This document shows, in pieces, positions 40,993 to 55,996 of a stretch of 64,000 bases of DNA. Within the stretch, counting starts at the first letter, position 1. Each line of letters starts with the position of its first letter. The stretch spans positions 10,602,001-10,666,000 of the forward strand of contig CM022666.1 of NCBI GenBank assembly GCA_012295275.1, read 5' to 3'. The position numbers and the translations under genes were made by a program. The notes under the pieces were generated by a model. It saw only the letters and a program-made list of their open reading frames with translations, had not been told where the DNA came from and ran no database searches. Origin of the DNA: Chrysomallon squamiferum (taxonomy: Eukaryota; Animalia; Mollusca).

Positions 40993-41603
40993 CATGTCTA
41001 AAATGACATGATTACTAGAAAGTTGTCTTTACATAATAATAATAATAAAAATAAATAAATAAATACTCATTTATATTAACTATAATATGTGGTGTACTAT
41101 TGAATAATATTAAGTGTTGAAATATAAATGATAATCACAGAACAACAAAAAAATCTGTATTTTCAATAGCAGTCAGTCACTGGCTGGAAGGAATATAAAC
41201 AGAAACGCAACATTTTAGCTCTTTATAAATAAATATATTTATTACTATTAAGTATAATGCCATTCTACATATTCCTTTAAAGATGTCAGGTTTTATCTGC
41301 TGCTGGTTGGCTCCTGTCCAGTGTCTGAGCATACACATGCTTTCAGCCAGACAAAACAAAAACAAATCAAACTGACTGCACACCAGAATGATAAATATAA
41401 CAGAAAAAGTGGAGGTGATTCAAGGTCATTCTATTTTCACCAAACAATGATTAACAGCTATTTTTATTGTTGTTTGTTGAAACATTTTGTTATTTCAGAA
41501 TGAAAATCTTCTGGGCTGTCTTATTGTCTTATATTTACTCTGGTTGTATGTATAATGCTTTGATGGACTCCGTGTTGAATGGGAATATATGAAATAGATG
41601 GAT

Positions 41604-41641
<38 letters not shown>

Positions 41642-41659
41642 GTTTGCAAGATGATGAAT

Positions 41660-41750
41660 CCTCATGGTATTTCTCATTCACAACAGATTTATCAAAGGCT
41701 GTGGTATGTGCTGTCCTATATATAAAGAAAATATAAAAAATGTTGTTCAA
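41660..41750. mobile_element. SINE-like repeat fragment, opposite orientation
   Basis: tatcaaaggctgtggtatgtgctgtcct is the reverse complement of the family motif seen at 28495-28520. Confidence 0.5.
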
Positions 41751-43493
41751 TTCAGTGTATGAATCTTAGAACTCTCTGGCAAGGTCAGATGTCAAGTTCA
41801 CACTTAAACATTCTCTGATAGAAATATATACACATATACTCAAGCATATACACATACATACACACAGAAACATTCTGAACATCTTAATGTTATTATTTTG
41901 GTATTAAAAGGATTAGAATTATAACTGTCTTATAAATACATTTATTTACTTTTCAAAACTTTAAAAAAATCAACACACTTGAAATAAAATATAAAAGTAT
42001 AAAGGTGCTATTACCCATTAATTTGAAGTAATATTATGATCAGTACATCCAGTGTTATGAATTAAAGAATTCCTGAATGTTTACTGTGAAAACATAATTA
42101 TGTAAAAAGAATAAATATGTCTGGTCTTCATTCAAATTGACTAACATAAAACAGTATTAATGCATTGTTGAAATAAGCACACCCAAGTCAGTAACAAACA
42201 ACATTTACAAGTGAAATCCATCAAATACATTTTTATAATCAATGTTCTAACAGACTAACAAATTTATTAATGATAAATGGTTTTTAGGATAATGTTATTT
42301 TCAGCTGGAGCTTAATCATTAGGGAGGAAATTAGTTTATAACAAAACTGTAAGGAGATCATTTTCCATATGTGCTCCATCATAATACATTTAAATTGGAG
42401 TACTTTTAGCATAAAGTTTTAACTTCAGTGCAAATTAACACAGACTTTTATTTAATTTATTTAATTGTAAAAATGTAAATTAAATAGAACAAATGAGAAA
42501 AGTTAGAAATAATTTTTGAGTGAGGGAAAAATAAATTCAAAATTTTAATAGGGTAACACTAAATTAAAATTAATGATTAAATATAATTTTTAAATAATTA
42601 TTTTCAGTAGTAAAATTTATAACAAAGAAAAAAATATTATGAATGAAAAACATTAATTAGTATAAAAAGTAATGCAAATAATACTTCATTAAATGTAACT
42701 GTACAGAATAGACAAGGTTGAAGAAAATGTTTAAAAGAGATAAAATGTAAAAAGTGTGGTAATCACATTACTCAACATGAGATCATCTTCACTGACTCAA
42801 AAAATTATTTCAGTCTGTTTGAGCAAATCCAGATGTTGTAATCATTAAATTCAATCAACAGACATACACAGCTGTTTTCAGGAGATCCCAGGAAAACTGC
42901 AGACTGGTATTTCAGAGATCACATAACAAATGTCAGAAAACACCATTTCATATCTTACAAAATAGATGCGAAGAGACAATGAACCACAAAGTTAATAATG
43001 GGAAATTAATTTTTTCTTTCCTTATTTCGTACATTTCTTGAAGTGCTCATTTTTGATCATTTATTTATTTATTTATTTTCTATCAGTTAGATAAAGCTAA
43101 CTGACAACAAAAGGCTATGGTATGATGGGCTTCCTTCCCTCTGAGCAAAAAGGTGCATATAACAGATTTTAAATATTTACACTGTAAACACATGACTCTT
43201 AAATCTGAAAACAGACTTGATGAATAGTATTAACAAAGATTTATTCATTAATTTATATTACAAATGTGCATATCCATATATGATCTTAGGCCCTCAAATA
43301 ATTATAAAACAGAACAGAAATAATAATAACAATAAAAATGAAAAAAAACGTCTTGCTGATTTTATCGATGAATTCACCTACTGTTATTTAACAACAGAAA
43401 TTTTGTTTTGGTATTTTCTGGTTTTAAATACTAACACTAATATTTACACAGTTCATACAAAGTATCAATCAGACAATGGAGCAGCTTGCAGTA

Positions 43494-43688
43494 GAAATAC
43501 TGTTAGGGCAAATGCTATGAGAAACAAATGCTATAGGGCTAATGCTGTCAAAATAAATGCTGTTAAAAACAAATGCCATCAGAAATAAATGCTACAGAAC
43601 TAATGCTGCAAGGTCAAATGCTGTCAAGACAAATGCTTTCAGAAAAAGTGTCCTCAGTTCAAATGCTACAAAATGAATAGTGTCAGAA

Positions 43689-43728
<40 letters not shown>

Positions 43729-43760
43729 CTGCAATGAAGAATGCTATGAAGGACTAGGAG
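43494..43760. repeat. Degenerate tandem repeat, unit about 15 bp (aaatgct-N8), interrupted by a poly(A) tract of about 36 nt
   Basis: aaatgct recurs about every 15 bp; A-run at 43690-43726. Confidence 0.75.
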
Positions 43761-44733
43761 TTTTATAACCAAGAAGTCTGATACTGTTGGCACAGCATAT
43801 TCAGTGGGATATAAATGTTATATGTACAGAGAGAGTATAAAAACACTGATAAGTATATAGAATGCTGGTTGTCATGGTGATATTAGGTCACACAGCATGA
43901 GTTAACACAGGGTAACATCTTTTTTCACCTACATCAAATCTTTTAATCGATTTTATTGCTGTTTCCATCTTTTAGATGTCTGAAGTTTTTGTTCTGCTGT
44001 GATTTTTTTCTTTCTGAATTCCTCTTCTTTTTTTTATCTGAATGTCTGTTTATTTTTTTTTTTTTTTTCCCTCTTGCATATATCTGTTTCTGCAGAGGGA
44101 GTGTCAGAGAAATACAAGAACTCTAAATGATGTGTATAACTTATGTAATAAAGACAGCTGCAGAATTAATCATCTTAAAAGAAAACTCAGGCAATATAAT
44201 GAAAGCTTGCAGTGTTAGGAAGATTCACATCTGGTACAAACTAGAACACATAATTTAGAATTACTGTAAAACAAGTTAAGTTTTCTTTCATGCAAGCAGA
44301 TATTTTGTGTTAATTTGTGGGATCAGTGAACCCTAGAGTTACATGTACCTACAGTGGGGTTTTGATGATAAATACCCACAGCAACAGAAACAGAAAGAGA
44401 GACAGAGAGAAGGAAACAAGAATTATTAATACATAAGTTATGTTCCTTGGTATCTGGCAAAAACAAAACAAAAACAGAAAATTAATTTAAAAAAAAAAAT
44501 GAAAAAGATACTCCCTCCAAAAACCCAACAAACAAAAACAATGATAACAAAAATCGTCCAAGTGGAATTTATCTCTCCTTTTCAACCATTCAAACAAGAA
44601 ATAATAAAAAAGAAAGAAAGAACTGTAAATAAGTGAGTAGAATCAAAAAGCATGTTAATTGTTTGTCAAAATGAAGAAAATATAATAATAAAATTTAATA
44701 TTTAAAAAAGATAGAGAATAGGAAGTGATTTAC

Positions 44734-44764
<31 letters not shown>

Positions 44765-47700
44765 CAAGTTTGCAATCACATACATGTATGAATCTAATAT
44801 AATGATGAAGTTTTATAAAAGTCAGCTTTTTCTCTTGTTTCAGGACATGAAATATATCTACACAGGACTGCTGTTACAAAGATGAAAACGCAGTCTGGAG
44901 GAAACGATGAGTGTGTGCATGTTGAAGATTACAACATCTATTTATAAACATAATCAGGGGAAGATGTTTTTCCAGTGTGTCAAAGAAGACATGGAGATAT
45001 TTTTGTTTGGTAAAACATGACTCATCTGCAAAAACTGAAATAAGTTTTAAAATTTATCTACATTCATCACACCAAAGACTGCTATGTCTTTGAAAATAAC
45101 ACGGTTAAATTTTTAAACAGTAAAAATTCAGTTTTTCTTAACATACATGCATTACATCTCACAAACGAGAAACAAATTCCAAAATGTGTCTGCATTTCAT
45201 TGGTAGTTAATTTTCATTCTTTTAAAACCAAATATATATGTAGTTAAATTCTGAAATTATAAAGAAATTTGAATATTTGCATAAAATACATGATTCATCT
45301 CAAAAAACAAAAAGTATAAAACAAGATTATTATATTTTTAAATGATAAACCTATTTTATAATTTTAAAAAAGGTTTAAGTATTGATAACCCTCATTTTTG
45401 AGGTGATTCTTATATATACTGATTATTATATATCACATTTAATGAATAAATATTTAGTTCTTAGAAAATAAAGTGGTTAAAAATTAAAATGAAGAAATAT
45501 TTATAAATCCTTAATTTCTATCAGCAACAAAAAAAATAAAATGAATCTTTATCCAGCTTTTGTAACATCAAGATTACTAGAATTCAGTTCAGTTGAAATT
45601 TTAAAATAAATATTATAATGCAAAGTTTGCCAAACACAGAATATGAAGAAGAAGGAATTAATTTTTATTCATTATCATGTTTAAATGAAGTCACATAAAA
45701 TAAGTTACAGACAAATCAACAAATCAACAAATAAATAAATAAATAAATAAATAATAATAATACTAATAAATACTTTTAACATTTTCAAATACAGATAAAA
45801 AATTTGTTTTTAAATTTCAATGTGAAATATCATTTATTTTCTGATGCAACAGAGTTATCAAACAAACCTAAAGTGTTGTATTCAAAATATCACACATCAT
45901 CTTTGTTCCAGTGCATCACATACTATAGTGCTCAGTTGTATTTTCCAGTTAAAAAATTTATCTACAAAAATGTTTTTTGTTATTTATGGATAGCTGTAAT
46001 TTTTTGTTTTAATACTGAAGTTTAAGCAACATGTTTACTTTGTAAAAGATAAAACTAAGAAATGGAAAACAAAGGAGAAAGGAATTTGCTGTCTGAAGAT
46101 GATTTTATCACAGCCACAAATCACTAATGTATATGTAAATATAAAACTTCAGTAATTAGGAAATAAAGAAAGGATTCTGTTTGGTTGAAATAAAATCTGA
46201 AGTGTGTGGAAAAAAAGATGATTTTTCACAAACAAAACAAGAAAAACAAAAACAAATGAACATCCTTTTCACAAACAGTAAATGAGGATTTTTTTCATAA
46301 AAAGAAAAGAAAAAGAAAAGAAAAGAAAAAATAAATAAATATAATAAACAACTATAAAACAAACAACAAAACTCCATTAAAAATAGAATACAAAGATTTT
46401 TCAAAACTGTTAATGTTTCATTAAAACTGCTTGATCAGTGCCAGTGGTTTTTTCTTATTCTAACTAATGCTTCAAGAACTATGAATACAAATCAATAATG
46501 TGTGTATGTTGGTGAGTTAGTGTTTATATGAACACAAGTTTCTACAAATTACACCAAAGCCAGTATAAGGATATGATCCCTGTACCTTCCAGTGTTCAAT
46601 CTATTTATTTAACCAATAGATCACAGATGATATCTATGGTAATTAAAGTTAGCCTGAAACTCAGTGCATGAAGATATTCTGTTCTGGCTGGAATTTACAC
46701 TCAACGACAGAGGAGAATGGTAAAAAGCCAACTTGCCATTTACAGTGATCAAACACACTCAGTTCACGTTGTCTTCTCACCCACCCTGCTGCTTGTCTGT
46801 TTAAGCTCGAGCAAGATCAGGCACAAACAGCTCAGTCAGTAACATTGATCAATGACACTTGGCCAGTTGAGACCATCTCATGGATTTGACATTATTCAAA
46901 ATAAACTTTTTCTTTATTGTTGCTGTACAGTTATACTGAATTCTGTGTTATTGTTGTCTTATATACACATACAGACTTGTACATAAATACATTCATACAT
47001 ACATATGTTATTAATTAACCAGAACATTATTTAAAGAGAACTGTTGATGAAAACTAACACTGACAATGTATATAAATACATTTTGTTCCATTTATTAGTT
47101 TTAATTTTTAGTAAAAATCTTACTACATGTTATTACTGCTACATATTTAGTGATCAAATTATACTTACTGATTACACAATAACCCTCAGACCAGGATGAA
47201 GTGATATTTCATAATCCCTCTTATATAATCTAGATAAAAATCAATACCTGATGATAACAGTACACTTCACCATGAAATTATAATCCAGGATTACATTACT
47301 ATTTTGTGATCAGGTTAAATCCATGTTCCAGAAGGTACTATAATCGAAAGACAAATCATTATTAACAAATTATTTGTACAAAGACAAATCCAAGTTTTAT
47401 GTCCAAGTTTAATCCATACTTGTCAACAAATACAAATAATAAAACAAATAACTAAAATACTGATATGTCAGTGAAGAAGAGAACAGTGATTAACTTCATA
47501 TCACTTTCTTCAAAAAGTTAGCTTAGCTGCTGTAAGAAAAAAAAATGTCTGAAGAAAGGTGAGGTTTTCACCTGACAACCAAATGTGGCTTCATTCTTGA
47601 CTTGAATAGCTGACATTCAGACAGAAAAATCTGAGATATCCACAGAAAAGACAACTGTAAATCTTCTCAATGTGGTTCTTATATAATACAACACACGTGG

Positions 47701-48779
47701 TTCTTATAAACAACAACAAATCAGATTCTACAGAACACAAACATGTGGCAGTTATAAAAGTAAGGATGTTAAACTGTGTGTATCATGTGAAATCTGCATG
47801 CTGGCAAATATCATGTGAAACCTGTAAGGTTATACATGTTGGAAAACATCTTTCATTAAACGTTTCAGTTGTGACTTTGATAGAGAGAAGAGTTTATCAC
47901 ACGATGAAAGATAAACAGTGTACATAATTTCTTCAAACTTTGTAGAAGATCATCAGATTAAAGCAAAAGAATGTTATAATCTACAAACAGATTGGTTAAA
48001 TAATAAATAAAGGAAGTGTTTGTTTAATGACAGTGCAAAAGATTTTAACTGCTAGTTTGTGCCAAATATAGGTTACTCTTACTGATAAAAATCATTTTAA
48101 AAACATATTTCCATAGATGGGGAAGTTCATATCATTGCTAGATTCTGAATGATTCATTTTGCTTCAAGCAAGATCTGTAATTGTTCACTGTCATAATAGT
48201 TTATTTTATCTTATTATATAAATTTAAATTCTGTGTTAAAAAAAAATCTCTTAAATTTTATTTTTTTAATTATTTTTTATTCTGGCGTGTGTGTGTTTTT
48301 GTGTATAAATTAAGCTTTAATTTAATTTTTGGAGTGATCACATTATTATTTTTATTTGCTGGGCTGGTGGTCAGGTCTATTATTATTGTTACTTTCAAAC
48401 TTTACAAAACAAGAACAATGTGTAAGTTGTGGACTGTTCTTTTAACAACATTAAGTACATATTGCAGTTTGACTTTTAATTTCAAGTTAGTAGACAAAAA
48501 GTTTCTGGCTTGGCATATAATTACATGATTGGTTACTTAAATAGGTTAGTAGGTCAAAGTAGTAGTTAAATGTAATTTTAGCTTATTTCTTTCACTGGTA
48601 GTTTCATCTGACAGGTCGATTGAAAACAGAGATACTGATGGACTTGTACTACTATTACTCACTACACAGTCTTAAATTACTGTGTCAGGACATGATTTCA
48701 GTCTGTTGTCTTCACTGGGATTTTGTGTCAGGTTACTCTTGGTTAATGTCAATGTTAGGAATAGAGTACGGATTTTATA

Positions 48780-49025
48780 GTTACGTTTATAAATATTACT
48801 TTGGTGTTGGTTATGTTTATGTTTATGATACAGTTAAGAGTTAGGTTAAAGTTTAGATTATCTTTAAAAGTTATGTTAGGTTTAGGGTGGTCTTTATGGC
48901 TAGGATTGCAGTTGTAATTGTAATTATGATTAGGATTACCTTTAGGTTAAAAGGGTTAGCGTTAGACTTTGAGTTGGATCAGGTCATGTCTGGGTTTGGG
49001 TCATGATAAGCATGGGTGTTAGAAT
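48780..49025. repeat. Degenerate (GGTTAG/TTAGGG)-like hexamer tract
   Basis: gttagg tttagg gtggtc...ttaggtt aaaagggttagcgttaga; 6-bp periodicity. Confidence 0.55.
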
Positions 49026-49829
49026 ACAACCTGAATTTCTCTAAAGTTTTGTGATAGGAAGACTTTTTATGAGTTTGTGTATTTTTGTTGATTTTTAATT
49101 AATTAATTTTTTTTTTTTTCCATAAATAAATAAATATTGTCTCTAATCATAAAACTGAAAAGAAAGAAAAAAAAAATCCCAGATGAAAAAGAACAGCAAA
49201 GCTATTAATAAAATATATGTACAGACAGCACACAGTTACAAATTACTTTCAATCTTTTACACTAGAACTGTTGGCAGGAATTCAAAGATGAGATAATTTC
49301 TCACATATATTTTATTCACAATCAATAAGCAATGTGTTAACCTGACCTTCCCTAGCCTTGTTCAAGTCATTTTAGCTCAGTCAGAAACATAACATATTTT
49401 ACCAAACTTTCAGTGTGTTATATTTTCCTTTGATTTATCTTTTATCAACCCATGACATATATAAATATACTGCTCTAGCACTTATAAATGTTGATACATT
49501 TTCCCAGATAACAATGTTTTATTTATAGAAGGATTGTTAAATGTGGTATTTAACCCTTTAGCTATTTGTGTATAAGTTATAAAACATAGATAGATAGACA
49601 GACACACACACACACACAACACACACACACACACACACACACACACTGGTTAAAAAGAGAATATTTTCATAAAAGTAATGGTAATAAAAATATATAGGGT
49701 TCAAACTGATTTGAAGATAGTAGGAAGTAATGATACTGTTTGTAGCTCACACATGTCAAACACATAGTGGGCATCCATACATCACTCTTGACAGTAAACA
49801 GACTTAACAGTCAATTTCATAACATCCTG

Positions 49830-50340
49830 TTTATTTAATGCAGCAGTTTTATAATATTAAACACAGATTCAATAGTTAATGTAAAGTATTTAAATATTAA
49901 TACTTTGTTTATTCAGTGTAGTTATTTCATAATGTAACACTGAATGGTTAAACTAGTTTATTTAAATATCAATGTAACTTTTAATGACATTAACAACATT
50001 AAATAACTACTGTAAAACTATTTGAATACTATTACTTTGTTTAATATTTATTTCATGATATTAAATAGTTTTAAATAATTAATGTAGAAGTATTCAAATG
50101 TTAATACTTTGTTTACTAATTTAGTTTTTTTTCCACAACATTAAACTATATAAGAAATTAACGTATTTAAATTTGTATTACTTTGTTTATTAATGTAGCA
50201 GTAGTTATTTGATGACATTAAGCAGTCTGGAGAGTTACTTAACAGCATTAAATAACAATACATTTTAATACTTTGTTTATTGACTACTTCACCACACTGA
50301 ACAGTGGGAGTGGTTTGTGTAAAAGCATTAAAATTTTATA
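49830..50340. repeat. Highly degenerate tandem repeat, unit about 70 bp
   Basis: t(t/a)atactttgttta core at about 49897, 50031, 50101, 50177 and 50265. Confidence 0.65.
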
Positions 50341-51361
50341 GTCTTTTTTATTAACTCTGCCTATTTCAACCAACTGTAAAGTAAATTTATTTCACTATAA
50401 TACATAAACTTATAATACATAACTGATTTCAAACAGTATTGTTTTTAACATTATAAAACCATTCAGGTGATTATTTTGCTATACTAATCCAAACAAAAAT
50501 AGTATTAGAATTTTTAATCCCATTCAGAATTAATAAAATATTTAAATAATTACACAAATACTCAGTTTAGTATGTGCAAACATTAGGTTCATTTGGACAT
50601 GGTTATTTAGTATGTACATATTTTTAGTTTATCCAGATATCATATTGAGGTTTTTTTGGCATAACAATTTAATATGTACATATTTTAAATTTATCTGTCA
50701 ATCACAAACTTTGCATGTGCATATTTTAACTTATTTTCAATTTAGCTGGATAGTGACCAGTGAATGTCAGTATTTATTTTAGTAACAAGAAAAAAGTGAA
50801 AATTACAATTAATGAAAAACAGTATCAAATAAATAAAATAAAATAAGTAATTATATATATATAACATAACAAAACCTAAAAATGTACTAAATATATTTGA
50901 TATAATTCCAAATTTCTATTTTACTTCTTTGTGAGAAACCAAATTTGGAAATAATTAAAATATGATAAGAAACAAAGAATTTTGTTCCTATCTTTAAACT
51001 TTTTTTTTATATATTCAATTTAACTTTTTCCTTTTGTTATGACATCCTTTTAGAAACCACTACAGAAAACAAGATAATAAACTGATTAAATTATTTAAAA
51101 CACTCTCTCTAAGTTTATAGGATTTTTTTTTACATTTCTCTGAATAAAATGTACAATAAAGTCAGCTTTTTTAATTTCTTATATTTTGTGTTTTGTTTAA
51201 TTTACCACACACACACACACACACACATATGCAAAGACATAGTCACATGTAAACATATACATATTTTGGTCATTCTTTGTTTAGTTTGGAGCTAAGTATA
51301 TGTATTTAGACTTGGTTTTATCACCATAGCATCACATTATCATAATAATAATAATAATGAA

Positions 51362-51397
<36 letters not shown>

Positions 51398-51887
51398 TTA
51401 CAGATACAAGCAAGTCTATGGTGAGTTAACAATTATTGGATAAAGTTATGCAGAAATTAATCAAGTTTTTCACCTACCTAAGTTTAAACCAAACCCAAGG
51501 GATGATGGTGGAAGATGAAGAAAAAAGACATTGATAAAAAGTCAATAAAATATTTATTAACATGGTATGTATGTGTGTGTTATTATATCTTCTAAATGTG
51601 TGTGTGTGTGTGTGTGTGTGTGCATTGTGAGTGTAGTTTGTTGAATGTTCAATTGATTAGTGGGTATGATGTGTAAGTGTGCATGCAGAGGTTCATGTTT
51701 TACAATGGTAAACTGTTCACACCAACTAACTGAAGTTAATGAAAATGTATATTTAATGTATGTACAATTGTGTATGTATGACTAAGTCTGTATTAACTCA
51801 TAATACTTGTAATACAAGGAAGAATATGGGTTATGTGTGAAATAATCACTCTTATCCAATCATAGTTAAAAAGAGCACATGGCTGGG

Positions 51888-51900
51888 AGGTCAAAGGTCA
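51888..51900 (+). promoter_or_regulatory. Perfect nuclear-receptor DR1 motif AGGTCAAAGGTCA
   Basis: Exact consensus match (RXR/COUP-TF/HNF4 class), CCAAT about 30 bp away; function untested. Confidence 0.35.
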
Positions 51901-52828
51901 ACTTGGTGTCAAGAGAAATCATTAGTTATTTTCTGCTGGCTGTAGATGTCTGGGGAACAGTAACTAGGAAAAGAAAGAAATACTGGAACATCTGTAGAAT
52001 TAATAGGACAGGAAAGGAAGACGTTTTATTTATGTTGACTGAACGCATTTTATAACCAACAGTTATATTGTGAAATAAACGTATTTAAGAATTATATCGA
52101 TAATAATATTAGTCACTGAAAGAGAAAATCCATTTTACATAGGCTGTTGTTTCTGATTTATGTAGTTAATGACTGTGGATAAAGAATTTAAAAAAGAAAA
52201 TATACAGTGATAGATAAAAATCACTGAAATAAGAAAAAAGTTTAAAACAGAAATATTATGATGTCATTGGTGTACTGAATAACAAAATATGAAAATTAAT
52301 AAAATATTAGGAGACACTAACAAAAGAAGATGAATAAATTAATATTTATATAAAATTTCTAAAAAAATGTTTTATCTCCTTTAAAGTATTGAGCTAATGT
52401 GGGGTTTTTGGAGGTTTTTATTGTAAATTTGTGATTGAAATAAAGTTCATACCACAATGCTTTCAGTTTTCTAAATTCTTTTTAAAATTATTATTATTGT
52501 TATTAATAGAAACTGTTGTTGTTTATTAGTAAAGAATGTTTTACTTATCATAAGTAAAGAAATGAATAAAATAATGAAAAAACAACAACACCCCATTATA
52601 TAATCAATTTAAAGTTAGTGTTTTCAAACAATAGAGAAAGTTTAATTAGACTACAGCAAAGCTGTATAGCAATGGAAATATTCCATCTGTTTTAGTTTCG
52701 CTGTACACAGAGGCAGTGGTCAATAGTGATACAGGTGCATATATCAAAGGAAAGATGGCATGATAACGGTTTCCATGCTATACACCTAAAGGCTCTCCAC
52801 AGGGTTACCAACACAACACAGGTTACAG

Positions 52829-52910
52829 GACCTGCAGGACATTTTAACACACAGACCTGCAGGACATTTTAACACACAGACCTGCAGGACATTTTAACAC
52901 ACAGACCTGC
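52829..52910. repeat. Perfect 25-bp tandem repeat x3.3
   Basis: Unit gacctgcaggacattttaacacaca. Confidence 0.95.
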
Positions 52911-54473
52911 TGAACCTTCCTAGTGCTCAGCTTCACCTGATACTTTTACTCAATTAGATTTTTTAAATGCATTTCCATAGACATGTTGTCACAAGAGAAA
53001 AGTACTGTCTGGAATGGGAAACAGCTCCGTGAGGAGTATTGGTTGTATGACTCATGATGTATATTGCTTGGTCTATATTATATACATAAAGACCATTCAA
53101 GATGCATACAGTCAACATTAGTTTCACTATATAACAGTTTGTGCTATTTTACGTTTTTAAAATTCCTTTAGTCAGTGTAAATATCCATGAATAAAAACAG
53201 TTCCAGTGATTTATTTGCCAAGGTAGAATAAAAACGAAACAATAAGAAAGTCTTTGTTATATATAGTGAGTTAACTGATCAGTGGCTGTTAAAGAAGTCA
53301 AATGAAGGTAATAATACACTGACAAATTGATTTGTTCATCTGCAAGTATTCTCAGAGACAAACAGAAATGTTTACACCAACTGACAGTCTGTCTTTCCAG
53401 GTACACAATAACTGAACTAGACACACCTGTCAAAATCTGACCTATATTTGAAAGAACAAGATCAGCAAAGATTGTTATTTTTTTAACTATAATTCATTCT
53501 GCATTTTTTATTTTTTTATTTAAAAATGTATCTGTCTGTTCACCTGTAAGATATGTATATAATAAAGTATACCTGTGTATGAACATGTATTATTGTTAGT
53601 CTACATGTGTATTAAACATGCAGTGAATTGAAGATTTAACACTTATAACTGCTTTTGAGTGTAAATGTAAAAAGCACTTGGCAATATTTCACAAGATATT
53701 TAATAATTACTTTAAATAAATATTTAGGAACTTTTCAAATTATTTAATAATTATTTACTGGGTTCTGAACTAAATATTTAGACAATTTTACACTTTCAAT
53801 AATTTAACTAACTTCCCAACCAGTGTTGTCATCTTTGTTTATTTCAGCTAGACATTTGTCACTGTTTAAGTAAAACTGAAAGTTAAACACACAAACACAC
53901 ACACAGCTATCTGAACGTAGTGCTAAACATGATAACAAACACATTATACATACCTGAAATACAGAAGTTAATGTTAGCTAATTTATTTCTTATTTTTTTA
54001 GTAAATATCAAAAAAGAAGATTTACAAGGAAACTTAATCACCTGAGATCAGGTATATGGTATTAACCAGGTTTTTCTAATAAGGGATTCAGGCAGCATGT
54101 CTGCTTATTGCTTATTCACCCATCTACCTACTCATGTTAGATACATTGCCATAGCAACCTGGCCTAAGGATACAACTCTGACTAAAACAGATGAGAGATA
54201 AATTCCTTAAGATTTACAAATCCTGTTTGGCTTAAACTGGTATTACTGTAACAAGGTCAATCTCATTTCCCAGATAGTTTACACACAGCTAATCTGAATC
54301 TGGAGATTATTCGTGGATTATTCACAGATTATGCATGTTGTAGAACATGTTAACTCTAAATAAGTTGTGAAACATTTCATGTCAGAAAACAGGACATTTT
54401 ATACAAAAATATAGAGACAATGGAAAAAAATTCCTAAAACTCACACATTATTTTTTGGCTTTCTTTTTCTCTT

Positions 54474-54483
54474 CACACACACA

Positions 54484-54541
<58 letters not shown>

Positions 54542-54614
54542 CCTACCTACATACCTAATTATATATATTCATCTATATTTTAATATCTAGTGCACATAAA
54601 CAAACAAATACACT

Positions 54615-54680
<66 letters not shown>
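54474..54680. repeat. Adjacent (CA)n and (CT)n microsatellites
   Basis: (CA)n at 54474-54541, (CT)n at 54616-54680. Confidence 0.95.
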
Positions 54681-54682
<2 letters not shown>

Positions 54683-55794
54683 AAACACACACACATTTAC
54701 AGAAACAAACATTCACTTACTTGTAATATATTCTTCAATTAAAAAGAAAGAAGAAATAAAATAAAAAAGACTAGTAAAGATAAAATTAACTTTTCACTGA
54801 AAAATCTAATTGACGTTTAAGCAGTGAGTGAAGGTTACATGTCAAGTGGAGAACATTATAAACAGGGAGATGGTTTGGATCGATACAGAAAAAAGCAGAA
54901 ACACAGACAAACAAACAAAACTATTGACAGTAGTGCTTAAACTCTGGATTATCAAACTCTGTTGTATTTTTTTTCATTTCTGTGAGAAAATGCATAAAAT
55001 GCATAAAAAACCGTATAGCTAATCAGTCATAGTAACCTATGTAATTGCACTGCATGTTCTAATAGAAATAGATCCATTTGAAGAAGTAGACATTCCTGGA
55101 CCTATGCCAGAAGTTCTGTTATATACAATTTACAGTGACAAATAAAACTGCCAAGTGAACAGCCTTTAGTTAGTCTGACTAGAAAGTAGAGCTATAATTT
55201 CTCTATCTGTTACTAAAGTCATTTTACTTGAGATAACTAAATAGTAGGCAAGACTTGTAACTAGATTTTATATATATGTACATTATAAAAGATCCAACTT
55301 TTTTAGAATTCTGTACACTGACAAATACTTAAGAAACATCAAGGTACTCAGTTATTTCTAATGTTTCTTGTAAAGAAAACGACAGATGTCAATAGCTAAC
55401 AGGTGCAATAATCTGGATATTACCTGCAGGGTGTGCAATAGCTGATAGTGGTTTATCATCTTAGATGTAGATTATTTCCTGCACGCAACAGTTCATCTTA
55501 GTCAACATTCTAAATCTGTTTGATACATTTTGTAATTTGCATAGCTGAACCAGCAGTATATATATAGTTCATATAAACATACTTATATACAAATACACAC
55601 AGCACTCACAGATATGATACACCAGCACCCCACACCACACACACCTTCATTTGTGCACATGGACATTAAACACACTGATTAATAGTTAAGAATCCAAGTA
55701 CAATCAGTTTACACAAACATTAGTGAAAAATCATTATTTTAAAACTATTTATACTTACCTACAACATAAGTAAATTACTTCAACTTTAAACATG

Positions 55795-55978
55795 AATAAT
55801 AATAATAATAGTAATAATAATAATAATAATAGTAATAATAATAGTAATAATAATACTACTAATAATAACAATAACAATAACAAAACATTAATGATAATGA
55901 TGATAATAATAATAATAAAATATTAATGATAATAATAATAATATTAATGACGACAATAATAATAATAACAACAACAAC
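55795..55978. repeat. (AAT/AAC)n low-complexity tract just inside the intron after the TM exon
   Basis: Imperfect trinucleotide run. Confidence 0.9.
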
Positions 55979-55996
55979 ATGATTGATAAGACTCAC

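Noticed and set aside
48780-49025. Interstitial telomere or chromosome-fusion scar
   Set aside because: Too degenerate, single orientation, and inside an intact intron; more likely TE-associated low complexity.
55859-55996. Second hydrophobic stretch of the 79-aa ORF 55859..56098
   Set aside because: Lies after the GTGAGT donor in a trinucleotide tract; only the first 34 codons are complex sequence.
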